Source: Clostridia bacterium
Lineage (GTDB): Bacteria > Bacillota > Clostridia > RUG12999
Direction: 5' to 3'
DNA: 64,000 nt
NCBI GenBank assembly: GCA_045534775.1
Contig: JAZSKI010000008.1
Span: forward strand, 4,820-68,819
The position numbers and the translations under genes are program-made. The notes below the pieces were generated by a model. That model saw nothing but the letters and a program-made list of their open reading frames with translations, did no database searches and was not told where the DNA came from. The stretch's first letter is position 1. Every line of letters begins with the position of its first letter. Shown piece by piece: positions 50,856 through 60,292 of this stretch.

Positions 50856-51812
50856 ATGCGTAAATTTATTATAAACAAAAACGATGCAAATCAAAGACTT
50901 GATAAATTTATCACTAAAGCAGTACCGTCACTTCCTGCATCACTTTTGTATAAATATATCCGAAAAAAGAGAATAAAAATTAACGGCAAAAAAGCTGAGC
51001 TTTCATACCGCCTGTGCGAAGGCGATGCGGCTGAGCTTTATATAAATGACGAATTTTTTGAAGCTGTAACAGAGGATAACGCATTTTTACATGCATCGGG
51101 CGATATTACGGTGATATATGAAGATGAAAATATCATGGCAGTGTATAAACCCCGCGGGTTGGTGGTCCACGAGGATGATGAAGGTGAAAAAATAAATACT
51201 CTCATAAGCAGAATAAAAAAATATTTATATGATAAAGGCGAATACGACCCTGTGGAGGAAACCAGCTTTACCCCTTCGTTATGTAACAGGATTGACCGTA
51301 ACACGGAAGGAATAGTGCTTGCGGCGAAAAATGCCGAGACTCTGCGGATAATAAACGAAAAGATTAAAAACCGTGAAATCAGGAAGTTTTATTACTGTAT
51401 AGTAAAGGGGAGATTTCCGGATAGAGAAAAAACGGAAAAAGCCTATCTGATAAAAGATGAAACAAAAAAACAGGTTAAGATTTTCTCAAAACCGCAGGCA
51501 GGGGCGAAAACCGTCCTGACCCGTTATAAGGTCATAAAAGAGAAGGCAGGCGAGACACTCCTGGAGATAGAACTGCTGACAGGCAGGACTCATCAGATAA
51601 GAGCACATCTGGCATTTTTGGGACATCCGCTGCTGGGGGACACCAAATACGGCGACCCGGAATATAATAGAACAAAAAATGAAAAATATCAGGCACTTTG
51701 TGCATATAAACTGATTTTTGATTTTGTAGGGGAAGCATCAATCCTGGGATATCTGAAAGGGAAGGAAATCTTACTTCCCGGAGAAAAAATAGGATTACTC
51801 AAAAAAATATAG
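50856..51812 (+). CDS. RluA-family (RluC/RluD-like) 23S rRNA pseudouridine synthase with S4 domain
   Basis: S4 [10 protein letters not shown]. Catalytic region [15 protein letters not shown] (HRLDxxTSG-like). [17 protein letters not shown]. Confidence 0.8.
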   Translation: MRKFIINKNDANQRLDKFITKAVPSLPASLLYKYIRKKRIKINGKKAELSYRLCEGDAAELYINDEFFEAVTEDNAFLHASGDITVIYEDENIMAVYKPRGLVVHEDDEGEKINTLISRIKKYLYDKGEYDPVEETSFTPSLCNRIDRNTEGIVLAAKNAETLRIINEKIKNREIRKFYYCIVKGRFPDREKTEKAYLIKDETKKQVKIFSKPQAGAKTVLTRYKVIKEKAGETLLEIELLTGRTHQIRAHLAFLGHPLLGDTKYGDPEYNRTKNEKYQALCAYKLIFDFVGEASILGYLKGKEILLPGEKIGLLKKI

Positions 51813-51823
51813 GGGGTAAAAGA

Positions 51824-52426
51824 ATGGATGTTAAGCTTATAACGGAAATTGCCGAAGAAAATATGAAAAACATAGTAAGTCACAGCGACCGCGAAAAGGG
51901 CTGGACTTTGGCACACGGAAAAAGAACGGCAAAGCTGGTAATAAACCTGCGAAAAAAACTGTTTCCCGGCAATACGGCATCTGACGAAGTGCTTTATACG
52001 GCGGCGTTGTTCCACGATATCGGCAGACAACACGAGAACCACGAGAAGGCAGGAGCAATTTTAACAAAAAATTTGCTTGACGAATACCTTACGTCTGAAG
52101 AAATGGACGAAATCAGCTATATTATATCCAACCATAACACATATAAAACCGCTATGACCGATAACCTGAAGCTGGTGCAGGACGCGGATATAATTGACCA
52201 CCACGGAGCTATGTTTATCTGGCTTACTATGCACATAGCGGCAGAGAAGGATATAAGTGTCGAAAAATGTCTTGAAATGTTCGCCGAATATAACACTCCC
52301 GATAATACTTTATGTAACGGCGAATTACTTAACTTTGATTTTTCAAAAGAAATTTTAAAATCAAGATATGCCTTTGAACAGCAGTTTTTTGAAAAATTAA
52401 GTCTTGAGCAGAAAGGTATTTTTTAA
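51824..52426 (+). CDS. HD-domain phosphohydrolase
   Basis: HGKRTAKLV...LFHDIGR (H..HD motif). Confidence 0.65.
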   Translation: MDVKLITEIAEENMKNIVSHSDREKGWTLAHGKRTAKLVINLRKKLFPGNTASDEVLYTAALFHDIGRQHENHEKAGAILTKNLLDEYLTSEEMDEISYIISNHNTYKTAMTDNLKLVQDADIIDHHGAMFIWLTMHIAAEKDISVEKCLEMFAEYNTPDNTLCNGELLNFDFSKEILKSRYAFEQQFFEKLSLEQKGIF

Positions 52427-52450
52427 ATCAGACTAAGATGAGCGTTCTTT

Positions 52451-52460
52451 GGTAATAATA
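52451..52460 (+). promoter_or_regulatory. candidate forespore sigma (sigF/sigG-type) -10 element GGTAATAATA upstream of sigG
   Basis: Matches the -10 consensus GGnrAnAhTr, about 38 nt before the sigG ATG. The -35 is not convincing. Confidence 0.25.
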
Positions 52461-52498
52461 TTAGTGAAAACCAATATTTTACCGGAGGATGCTTTTTT

Positions 52499-52786
52499 AT
52501 GACAAATAAGGTAGAAATTTGCGGAGTTAATACTTCAAAACTCCCGATTTTATCACGGGACCAAAAGAAGAAACTGTTTGAACAGATTAAACAAGGCAAT
52601 GCGGCGGCAAGAGACGAGTTTGTGCAGGGAAATTTAAGGTTGGTACTGAGTGTGCTCAAACGCTTTTCGGGCCGGGGAGAAAATATTGACGATTTATTTC
52701 AGGTAGGGTGCGTAGGTCTGATTAAGGCAATAGATAATTTTGATACAAGCCAGAACGTTCAGTTTTCCACCTACGCCGTACCCATG
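52499..52786 (+). pseudogene. sigG: 5' fragment of sporulation sigma factor sigma-G gene (regions 1.2 to mid-2), truncated after codon 96 by an insertion
   Basis: MTNKVEICGVNTSKLPIL...GNLRLVLSVLKRFSGRGENIDDLFQVGCVGLIKAIDNFDTSQNVQFSTYAVPM is collinear with Bacillus/Clostridium SigG through the conserved STYAVPM. The expected IIGEIRRYLRDN is replaced by unrelated sequence from 52787. The rest of the 272-aa ORF is a fused element gene. Confidence 0.75.
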
Positions 52787-52813
52787 AATGTACCTTGTAG
52801 AAATGAGGTATAT

Positions 52814-53317
52814 ATGAGACCAAGAAAATGGACGGAAACCGCTATAAAACAGGCTTTTGATGATTTTATTAGACAATATGATAGACTACCGACAAAACAG
52901 GAAATGTATGAAAAATATAATGGTAAATTCCCACGACCAATATCTGTAAAATTAACATTAGGAATAACATTAGATAAATATTTACAACTAAATTATACTA
53001 CACACTATAAAAGAAAACAAGCAAGAATTTATGGAGTTATGCCTGACGAATATTGGATTGAGGACTTTAAAAGACAGTATATAGAATATAATTACCCAGT
53101 TGAATGTATATATAATAAACTTCGTAAACCTCAAACACCAAACACCGAAACGTTGGCAAAGATTATAGGAGTAACGACTTGGTGTGAAGTTTTAGCCTAT
53201 TGTGGATTCGAAGAAGAAAAAACAGTCTTACACGGCGAATTGATTTTTGAAGAAACATTGGAAAATTATCAAAAGTTAAATACAAAATTACAAAAAATAC
53301 TTAAAGATTTAGAATAA
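52814..53317 (+). CDS. element-encoded hypothetical protein (own RBS GAGG and ATG; in frame with sigG 5' fragment)
   Basis: ATG 52814 preceded by AAATGAGGTATAT. 167 aa; MRPRKWTETAIKQAFDDFIRQYDRLPTKQEMYEKYNG... Hairpin AAGCCTTCGGGCTTATTTTTTTT terminator at 53318-53340. Confidence 0.5.
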   Translation: MRPRKWTETAIKQAFDDFIRQYDRLPTKQEMYEKYNGKFPRPISVKLTLGITLDKYLQLNYTTHYKRKQARIYGVMPDEYWIEDFKRQYIEYNYPVECIYNKLRKPQTPNTETLAKIIGVTTWCEVLAYCGFEEEKTVLHGELIFEETLENYQKLNTKLQKILKDLE

Positions 53318-53404
53318 GCCTTCGGGCTTATTTTTTTTGTGCAAACTTGAAAATAAATAGAGAATAATATAGTGTGGGTGGCTATTTAAACCAATTGAAG
53401 AAGA

Positions 53405-54199
53405 ATGGTAATTAAACACTCATTTTATCAGGAGGTGATAAACATAGACTGTAAACTTTGGCAAGGAGATTGCCTTAAATTGATGCAAAACATTGAAGAC
53501 AAAAGTGTTGATTGCATCATTGCTGACTTACCTTATGGAACTACAGCTTGCAAGTGGGATTCAGTGATAAATTTAGAACAATTATGGTCGCATTATAAAA
53601 GAATAATAAAAGATAAAGGTGCAATCATTCTTTTTGGACAAGAACCCTTTAGTAGCAAAGTAAGAAATTCAAATTTGGAGTGGTATAGATATGATTGGAT
53701 TTGGCAAAAACAAAAGCCATCTAATTTTCAGTTGATGAACTATCAGTGCGGTAGAGTACACGAAAATATAATGGTGTTTAGTCCTGCTAAAGCTTGTTAC
53801 ATTAAGAATGGCAATACAATGAATTACTATCCTCAAATGACAACTAGAGAAAATATTAGAAAAGCCAATGTAAAGATTTATGGTAATGCTGATAAAAATA
53901 TTTTACATAGTTACAAAAATGGAGAAAAAGATAATTATAAAGAATATTCTGAAAAACATCCAATTTCAATAATCCAATTTAACACAGAAATCAAAAAGAC
54001 CCATCAGGTACAAAAGCCGCTTGCTTTAATTGAATATTTAATCAAAACATACACAAAAGAGAACGATGTAGTATTGGATAACTGTATGGGGTCTGGTACA
54101 ACTGGCGTAGGATGTAAGAATCTAAATAGAAATTTCATAGGAATAGAATTGGACGAAGAGATATTTAAAGATGCTAAAAACAGAATATTTGGCAGTTAA
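53405..54199 (+). CDS. beta-class N6-adenine/N4-cytosine DNA methyltransferase (orphan)
   Basis: Motif IV-like IIADLPYG at the N-terminus. Motif I VLDNCMGSGTTGVGC near the C-terminus, the order typical of PF01555 MTases. Confidence 0.65.
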   Translation: MVIKHSFYQEVINIDCKLWQGDCLKLMQNIEDKSVDCIIADLPYGTTACKWDSVINLEQLWSHYKRIIKDKGAIILFGQEPFSSKVRNSNLEWYRYDWIWQKQKPSNFQLMNYQCGRVHENIMVFSPAKACYIKNGNTMNYYPQMTTRENIRKANVKIYGNADKNILHSYKNGEKDNYKEYSEKHPISIIQFNTEIKKTHQVQKPLALIEYLIKTYTKENDVVLDNCMGSGTTGVGCKNLNRNFIGIELDEEIFKDAKNRIFGS

Positions 54200-54211
54200 A
54201 ACATTTATTTT

Positions 54212-54493
54212 ATGGAGGTTTTTATGAGTATTATCGAGCGATTAAAACTATGGTATCGGCAGAATAAATGCAATCATAGCAATTTCAAAAATATATCATC
54301 GACCACATTTTTTATAGACAGTGCGAAAAGGTTCCCTGCTCGTACAACTTATATAAGAGAATGTACGGATTGTAGATTATTATATGAACAAGATTCTGTA
54401 CGTTTTTATAGAGCCGAAAATACTTATTCCATATTTCCTTCTAACCAAATCAGGAGATTAAGTAAAAAAGAAAGAGAAAAATTCGGTAAATAA
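54212..54493 (+). CDS. hypothetical protein (element)
   Basis: 93 aa, plus-strand, tightly packed with neighbours. Confidence 0.35.
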   Translation: MEVFMSIIERLKLWYRQNKCNHSNFKNISSTTFFIDSAKRFPARTTYIRECTDCRLLYEQDSVRFYRAENTYSIFPSNQIRRLSKKEREKFGK

Positions 54494-54500
54494 ATTTTTT

Positions 54501-54716
54501 ATGAGGGAGATTATTTCGGGAGATAACAGATGTGCAAGAATTTATGATTTAAAACAAAAGATTCAATATCCCCCCACCGATATAGGTACTTATGTCTTAG
54601 AAGAGGATATTGATTTGATGGATAGGGTGTTTGTCGATGATGGAAAGGTATCAACAATTATGACTGACACTATAGAGAATAAATTAATAATGACGTCGGT
54701 TAAAAAGAGGAGGTGA
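54501..54716 (+). CDS. hypothetical protein (element)
   Basis: 71 aa. RBS GGAGG precedes the ORF. Confidence 0.35.
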   Translation: MREIISGDNRCARIYDLKQKIQYPPTDIGTYVLEEDIDLMDRVFVDDGKVSTIMTDTIENKLIMTSVKKRR

Positions 54717-55444
54717 GATATATCGAGGTTAATAAAATTTACAATGAAGATTGTATTACATATATGAAAACATTACCAGAAAATTGTATAGACTTGATTA
54801 TTGCAGATCCACCCTATTATGGCATCTTAAAAGAAGACTGGGACAACCAATGGAAAACAGAAGAGGAGTATTTGCAATGGTGCGAGGAATGGACTGTAGA
54901 ATGTAGTCGTGTTTTAAAATCTGATGGAAGTTTTTATATTTGGGGATGTTTCGGAGAGAATAACTTGGTTTTTGCCAAGTATGCTTTAATTGCTAATAAG
55001 TATTTTGATTTTAAAAATTGGATTAACTGGCGAAAAGAATACGGATTTCGAGGCAAGACAAATTTTTCATACAAAAAAGAAGAATTGCTTTATTTTGTTA
55101 AAAATAAAACCAACTATAAGTTTAACTATTTCGATATTAAAGAACCAGCTACTCGAAGTGGAGCAAAAGAGGGCGATACAAGAGTGCCATCTAATATATG
55201 GGAGTTTAAATACAATAATGTTAGCAAAGAAAGAGTCAAAGGGTTTCCGTGTCAAAAACCTCTTGCAAGTGCTGAGAGAATAATCAAGGCAAGCAGCAAC
55301 GAAGGAGATTTAGTTTATATTCCATTTGCTGGTAGCGGAACGGAAATAGTGGGGTGTATAAATACAAATAGGAATTATATTGCAACCGAAATCAACAAGG
55401 AATATATTGATAAAATTATTTGTTGCCGAATGGATGTAAGATAG
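54713..55444 (+). CDS. beta-class N6-adenine/N4-cytosine DNA methyltransferase (second orphan MTase)
   Basis: Canonical motif IV LIIADPPYYG. Motif I VYIPFAGSGTEIVGC. Start uncertain (GTG 54713 directly abutting RBS AGGAGG). Confidence 0.65.
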   Translation: MRYIEVNKIYNEDCITYMKTLPENCIDLIIADPPYYGILKEDWDNQWKTEEEYLQWCEEWTVECSRVLKSDGSFYIWGCFGENNLVFAKYALIANKYFDFKNWINWRKEYGFRGKTNFSYKKEELLYFVKNKTNYKFNYFDIKEPATRSGAKEGDTRVPSNIWEFKYNNVSKERVKGFPCQKPLASAERIIKASSNEGDLVYIPFAGSGTEIVGCINTNRNYIATEINKEYIDKIICCRMDVR

Positions 55445-55478
55445 AATACACATTTCATGGTGGAAATTGAGGTGAAAT

Positions 55479-55796
55479 ATGAGGATAAGAGTTTGGAATT
55501 ACGGTCAATCAATAGTAATTGAGGACGATAAAAAGAATGAAATTTTATCTTGGTTCTTTCAAAATGAGAAGCAATCAACTCTTTTTGTTCTGATAGAGAC
55601 AAAAAACAAACCTGTGTGGAAAACCTACAATATAAATTACAATTATCATAATGATACATTTTATATTAACAATATAAGTGCTGAAGGTGAAGAAGAGAGA
55701 TATGTATTTGTTGAAAAAGATGAAAATGTATTGAACTATTTTATGATTGATACGGACGAGATAATGGATTATAAGGAGAGTGTCTTTGATGAGTAA
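55479..55796 (+). CDS. hypothetical protein (element)
   Basis: 105 aa. Confidence 0.35.
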   Translation: MRIRVWNYGQSIVIEDDKKNEILSWFFQNEKQSTLFVLIETKNKPVWKTYNINYNYHNDTFYINNISAEGEEERYVFVEKDENVLNYFMIDTDEIMDYKESVFDE

Positions 55797-56088
55797 ATTC
55801 AATTTTACTGGGTTACTTGCGGTAGTCAAAGCATTACATACAACAGCTACAAAAGACGACACCAAAGCAGTAATTATATCCGACAAAGTTAAAAATGACA
55901 CAACTATTGAGTTTAAGAATGGGAGTTATCTTAAGGTGTTGACACCAAAGGGAGAATGTGCGAGAGGTAATCGCTCTAAAATCATATATCCTTTATGTAA
56001 TAACGATGGTACTGTTAATTACTACTTTGACCAAGAGATGCTTGATGAAGTTTTGGCTCCATTCTGTAATAAGGAGGGCAACGAATGA
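55780..56088 (+). CDS. hypothetical protein (element)
   Basis: 102 aa. Confidence 0.35.
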   Translation: MSLMSKFNFTGLLAVVKALHTTATKDDTKAVIISDKVKNDTTIEFKNGSYLKVLTPKGECARGNRSKIIYPLCNNDGTVNYYFDQEMLDEVLAPFCNKEGNE

Positions 56089-56450
56089 GTTATGATGTTT
56101 CATTTAAAGTAAAAGTCGAAGGGCTTGAAGACACGTATGTAGATGTGGGCGAATGCGATGCAAATATAACATGGAATGTAAGAGAAATGATTGTAAAGTC
56201 TACCGGACTTGAATGGAAGAATGAGCAAAACAATGGTCTCTGCAAAGATGTAATTCCTTATATTGCGAATGGCTATGCCGAGTTGACTAAACATCCAGAG
56301 AAATACAAACAGTACGAAGCGAAGAATGGTTGGGGAACTGTTCAAGGATGCAAGAAGTTTTTTGCACAGATTATTCACGACTGGAATGCGTTTTGTGAAG
56401 ATTATTGTACGGGCGAACTTGCAGACGTAACATATTTTTGGATTGAGTGA
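56085..56450 (+). CDS. hypothetical protein (element)
   Basis: 121 aa, overlapping start/stop with neighbour. Confidence 0.35.
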   Translation: MSYDVSFKVKVEGLEDTYVDVGECDANITWNVREMIVKSTGLEWKNEQNNGLCKDVIPYIANGYAELTKHPEKYKQYEAKNGWGTVQGCKKFFAQIIHDWNAFCEDYCTGELADVTYFWIE

Positions 56451-56459
56451 GGTGGGTAA

Positions 56460-56780
56460 ATGGAAAATACAAAGAGTGTTGGCGAAGCTTTTAAGATTCT
56501 ATTAGACCGATTAAGAAAGACGGATTTGACTCCAAAACAAACTGAGCGTCCTGAAGGATATGGTTGTTTAGAATGTAAACACTACCAAAGAAGAGAGGTT
56601 TACAACCAGCAGTGGGGAATGTTTCAGTTTGGTCAGTTTAAATGCAAAAAGCAACCTGACAGAAATATGATGTTTCATGAAAATCATTATTATGATAAAT
56701 CAAAAGGTGAGTGTCCGTACTTTGAACGAGGCGAAAATGAATTGATTTATATGACTGAAAAAGAGAAGAGGCAATATTAA
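56460..56780 (+). CDS. hypothetical Cys-containing protein (element)
   Basis: 106 aa; CLECKHY...CKK...ECPYFE suggests a small zinc-binding protein. Confidence 0.35.
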   Translation: MENTKSVGEAFKILLDRLRKTDLTPKQTERPEGYGCLECKHYQRREVYNQQWGMFQFGQFKCKKQPDRNMMFHENHYYDKSKGECPYFERGENELIYMTEKEKRQY

Positions 56781-56837
56781 TACATATAGAATTTCTCTTT
56801 TATCGAGAAATTTATGGAGAATAATTAGGTAGAGGTG

Positions 56838-57011
56838 ATGAAAATTTATAAATGGTATGCATTTTGGGTTTTACTTATTATGTTCATAGTAAGCGTTATA
56901 GTAGTGGTTTTGAGTATAATTAGCGACGACGATAAGGCGTTAATTATAGGTTCTGGGCTATCAGGAATTTTCGGTGCTTCTACCTTAATTTATTGGCTAA
57001 CAGAACTTTAA
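56838..57011 (+). CDS. small single/double-TM membrane protein (57 aa), element-encoded; below ORF-track cut-off
   Basis: ATG after GGTAGAGGTG. MKIYKWYAFWVLLIMFIVSVIVVVLSIISDDDKALIIGSGLSGIFGASTLIYWLTEL. Confidence 0.3.
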   Translation: MKIYKWYAFWVLLIMFIVSVIVVVLSIISDDDKALIIGSGLSGIFGASTLIYWLTEL

Positions 57012-57069
57012 TATTTTAGAAGGAGGATGAGTTGAGCGCTCACAAAATTGCAATTTCTCCTAAAGAATA

Positions 57070-57612
57070 TTGATTGAATTAAGACAGGCGAAGAAATCTG
57101 ATAAGGATGTGCAGTATTTAATGTCTATCCACTACTCACATCCAAAAGGATTTGTGGGGAGACAACTGATTTACAAAGTATTTGACAATGAAGAATTTGT
57201 TGGAGTAATCGTTGGTGGCAGTGCTACGTTACATCTACCGGGACGAAATGAGTTTTTCGGAGACAAGTATTACATAAATGGAATTATAAACAATAACTTT
57301 TTTCATCTCATAGATAATCACGGCGATAAAAATCTTGGCACAAAAGTCTTAGCCAAGTGGCGAAAACAAGTGATTACAGATTGGGAAGAAAGATACAAAG
57401 ATAAAGTGATTGGTTTTGAAAGCCTTGTGGAACTACCAAGAACGGGAGCGATGTACAAAGCTGATAACTGGACTGAGGTAGGAGTTACAAAAGGGTTTAC
57501 TTGCAGACGAGTTCCGGGCAAAGAAACAGGAGTTTTTACAGGTGGGAAGCGAGTTTGGAATACAAATCCTGATGAATTAAAACCCAAATTGGTATTTTGC
57601 AAGAAAATCTAA
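57070..57612 (+). CDS. hypothetical protein (element); start uncertain (possibly ATG 57121)
   Basis: 180 aa by ORF track, no recognisable motif. Confidence 0.3.
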   Translation: MIELRQAKKSDKDVQYLMSIHYSHPKGFVGRQLIYKVFDNEEFVGVIVGGSATLHLPGRNEFFGDKYYINGIINNNFFHLIDNHGDKNLGTKVLAKWRKQVITDWEERYKDKVIGFESLVELPRTGAMYKADNWTEVGVTKGFTCRRVPGKETGVFTGGKRVWNTNPDELKPKLVFCKKI

Positions 57613-57674
57613 AAACTACGATTCCAGAAATGGCTTAAATAGGGCGTTTCAGAGCCTAAAAATCACGATGAAAT

Positions 57675-57929
57675 TTGAGTTTTAAGGAGATTTTAATGAA
57701 TATTACAATTCGAGAGCGAGAGACGGCAGAACTCAATCCTTGCGATTGTGGGGAATATCCAAAGTTTTTTCAACGAGATATTCACTATACAGACCTGTGG
57801 CTTGAGTGTCCAAAGTGTAAAAAGAGAACCGTAAACACAGGCGGATATCACTATGCCAGTGAAATACCATTGTATATAGCAAAGAAAAATGCAGTAATTG
57901 CTTGGAATAAAGGAGAATTTGCAAATTGA
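57675..57929 (+). CDS. hypothetical Cys-rich small protein (element)
   Basis: 84 aa; CDCGEYPKFF...CPKCKKRT suggests a zinc ribbon. Confidence 0.35.
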   Translation: MSFKEILMNITIRERETAELNPCDCGEYPKFFQRDIHYTDLWLECPKCKKRTVNTGGYHYASEIPLYIAKKNAVIAWNKGEFAN

Positions 57930-58165
57930 CAATAACAAGAAAACGATGGGTGATTATTAAAGATGACAAAATCTTTTGTGGTTTGGCTCAAAATTATAGA
58001 TTTAAACCCATAGATGATATTGGAGACACTGCCATCAAAACCTATACAAGTAAAAAGAAAGCAGAATCTTCTTTTGAAAGTAGTTGGTCTGGTGGTGAAG
58101 AATTATTAAAAACAGGACAAGCAAAAGCAATAGAAATTGTCGAAAGTTTAATTTCTGTTGAATAA
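57926..58165 (+). CDS. hypothetical protein (element)
   Basis: 79 aa. Confidence 0.3.
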   Translation: MTITRKRWVIIKDDKIFCGLAQNYRFKPIDDIGDTAIKTYTSKKKAESSFESSWSGGEELLKTGQAKAIEIVESLISVE

Positions 58166-58333
58166 AAAAGAGAGAATATATAAATAGAAGGTGCTACGGT
58201 TTAGACTCCTCCAAACACGTGTGGAAATGAGGGGAATGTAGGCGTGCCGAAGCTAAGTGTAAGTAGGCTTAAAAATGCAGTTTGAAAATCGAGCAGTAGT
58301 TAAATGGAGTTTGATGAACAGCCTTCTTCAAAT

Positions 58334-58394
58334 GGGATAGTAACTCAGTTGGCAAGAGGAAATTGTGTCGTCGGTTCGAGTCCGACCTATCCCA
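58334..58394 (+). other. tRNA-derived element lacking the anticodon arm (61 nt): acceptor plus D-arm plus T-arm only
   Basis: GGGATAG-TA-ACTCAGTTGGCAAGAGG (near-canonical D-arm) then AAATTGTGTC then GTCGG-TTCGAGT-CCGAC (canonical T-arm) then CTATCCC-A. The acceptor strands are perfectly complementary. Only 10 nt lie where the 17-nt anticodon arm plus variable loop should be. Confidence 0.5.
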
Positions 58395-58541
58395 AACGAT
58401 TATTAATGGAACGTGCCAAGACATTGATAAGCACAATGCTATCATAGATAGTTATGCAAACAACGAAAACGGGCACAGATAAGTGTAAAGCAGGTCTGTA
58501 TGCCACATTAATAATCAAAATTTTTATAAGGAGATGATAAT

Positions 58542-58754
58542 TTGTCTTATTTGGACAAGGACGATCAACCTTGCATTTATTGTGAAAACATTTCTATGAT
58601 ATTTATGGAAGATAGCATGCATCCATCGTGTATTGCAGGTAGATGTTGGATGTGCCAAACGGCGTCGGGATGTGATTGCGAAGATTTTGAACAGGTTAGT
58701 ACGGAAGAACAACAGAGGCGGTTATTATACGGCTTTGAAGCTGAAGATATATAA
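58542..58754 (+). CDS. hypothetical Cys-rich protein (element)
   Basis: 70 aa; CIYCEN...HPSCIAGRCWMCQTASGCDCED. Confidence 0.35.
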   Translation: MSYLDKDDQPCIYCENISMIFMEDSMHPSCIAGRCWMCQTASGCDCEDFEQVSTEEQQRRLLYGFEAEDI

Positions 58755-58781
58755 CCAGATAAAACCACGCTTCTATCAAGC

Positions 58782-59222
58782 GTGAGAAAGGAGATTTTTA
58801 TGAAAAGCATATTTAGAAGAAAAGAGATTGAAAAAATATACGAAATAGATAATTATAAATATTTTCTGCTCAAAGAAGATGATTATGATTCTATAAATAT
58901 GTCTATTCGGCATGGTGACATTGTATCTGATAAAACCATCGGGGAGTATGATGTTGAAATGCCACTATTGGAAGTGGGCGACGAATTCTTGTTATCTGAT
59001 ATTCAAGAGGCTGTAAAAATTAAAAGCAAGATGCGTAGCAGTGACGACTCGAACACTTATTATGTCATGGATAAGTTAGTAAATACAGAAAATACAATAA
59101 GAACAAAAGCTGAGTGCGATATGGTTATGAAAGATTTTAAAGAAATAAAAGACAAATATAGTAATTATATGAAGAAATACAAATATAAGCACAGATTTTT
59201 CAACAAAAAGTGCTCAGAATAA
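58782..59222 (+). CDS. hypothetical protein (element)
   Basis: 146 aa. Confidence 0.35.
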   Translation: MRKEIFMKSIFRRKEIEKIYEIDNYKYFLLKEDDYDSINMSIRHGDIVSDKTIGEYDVEMPLLEVGDEFLLSDIQEAVKIKSKMRSSDDSNTYYVMDKLVNTENTIRTKAECDMVMKDFKEIKDKYSNYMKKYKYKHRFFNKKCSE

Positions 59223-59256
59223 CCCAATAGAACAAGTCTTTTAACTGGAGGTAGAT

Positions 59257-59586
59257 ATGATAACAAAAAGAGAATTTTGTGAAGTAATAAGCAAGTTGAA
59301 ACAAAACGACGATTTTCTTAACGACCTCTGTGATGTGTTTAGAAAACACCAAAGAGAAGACCAAGTTTATTCAACCGGACTTGAGGATGTAGTTGTAAAT
59401 CTATTGGAACTAATCTTTGATGATAAAGAAAACCAATGGATTGCCTATTGGATATGGGAATGTAATTATGGGGAAACATATGAAGATGGTGATGTGACTG
59501 AATCGGATGGCACTCCTATTCCGCTAAAAACAGCCAAAGAATTATATAATTTTCTTATAGAAAATATGGAGAGAAAAAATGATTAA
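59257..59586 (+). CDS. hypothetical protein (element)
   Basis: 109 aa. Confidence 0.35.
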   Translation: MITKREFCEVISKLKQNDDFLNDLCDVFRKHQREDQVYSTGLEDVVVNLLELIFDDKENQWIAYWIWECNYGETYEDGDVTESDGTPIPLKTAKELYNFLIENMERKND

Positions 59587-59836
59587 ATACGAAAATCACT
59601 GTTGTGACTGTGCGGTACCGGGATATCCTTGTATGGGTAGTTTTTGTCCCTATATAAATGTGCCTGTATATTACTGCGATTCTTGTAACAATGATATATA
59701 TGCAGAATATGAAATTGATGGTGGACACTATTGCGAGGACTGCACGAAAAAATATTTGAGAGAGACTTTTGATAATTTGACATTATCAGAACAGGCAGAA
59801 TTATTAGAAATTGATATGAAAGGTTTGGAAGGTTAA
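59579..59836 (+). CDS. hypothetical Cys-rich zinc-finger protein (element)
   Basis: 85 aa; HCCDCAVPGYPCMGSFCPY...CDSCNND...CEDC. Confidence 0.35.
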   Translation: MIKYENHCCDCAVPGYPCMGSFCPYINVPVYYCDSCNNDIYAEYEIDGGHYCEDCTKKYLRETFDNLTLSEQAELLEIDMKGLEG

Positions 59837-59837
59837 T

Positions 59838-60164
59838 ATGAGTGAAGAAATATGCGTTTCGTGCGAAGCGCCAATTGCAACTGAAAGTGGAATATTATGT
59901 AACAAATGCATGGAAGTTGAACCGAGGTTTGATACGATTAAAATTACTGTATTTTTAAATAGGATTGTTGACGTTCAAGATTTTATTAGTTTGGTTTCAA
60001 AATGCGATGACGATGTAACAATTGGTTCAGGTAGATTTGCAGTGAATGCGAAATCTATAATGGGGATTTTTAGTCTCGACCTATCTAAGCCCTTAAAAGT
60101 AGAGTTTTACGGAAATATCCCCTATGAAGTTAAAGAAGGTATGAAAAAATTTATTGTAAATTGA
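59838..60164 (+). CDS. zinc-ribbon protein with C-terminal HPr-like (PTS phosphocarrier fold) domain
   Basis: N-terminal CVSCEAP...CNKC. C-terminal FAVNAKSIMGIFSLDLSKPLKVEFYG resembles the HPr core (VNLKSIMGVMSLGVAKGAEITI). Confidence 0.35.
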   Translation: MSEEICVSCEAPIATESGILCNKCMEVEPRFDTIKITVFLNRIVDVQDFISLVSKCDDDVTIGSGRFAVNAKSIMGIFSLDLSKPLKVEFYGNIPYEVKEGMKKFIVN

Positions 60165-60292
60165 GGTGATGGATACTGAAAACAATATTTAATTTTATTG
60201 CAGATGATTGGAAGAGGGTAAAAAACCATTGTCGGACAACGGATAACAAAGACTTTACTGAAAATGATGCGACAGATACTTTCAAAAAGAAA

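Noticed and set aside
52430-52498. Full sigF-type promoter (-35 plus -10) for sigG
   Set aside because: Only the -10-like GGTAATAATA is convincing. No GYATA-like -35 at the correct spacing, so it is listed as a low-confidence feature only.
58334-58394. Complete phage tRNA gene
   Set aside because: Only 61 nt between perfectly paired acceptor strands; no room for an anticodon arm. Reported as a tRNA-derived fragment instead.
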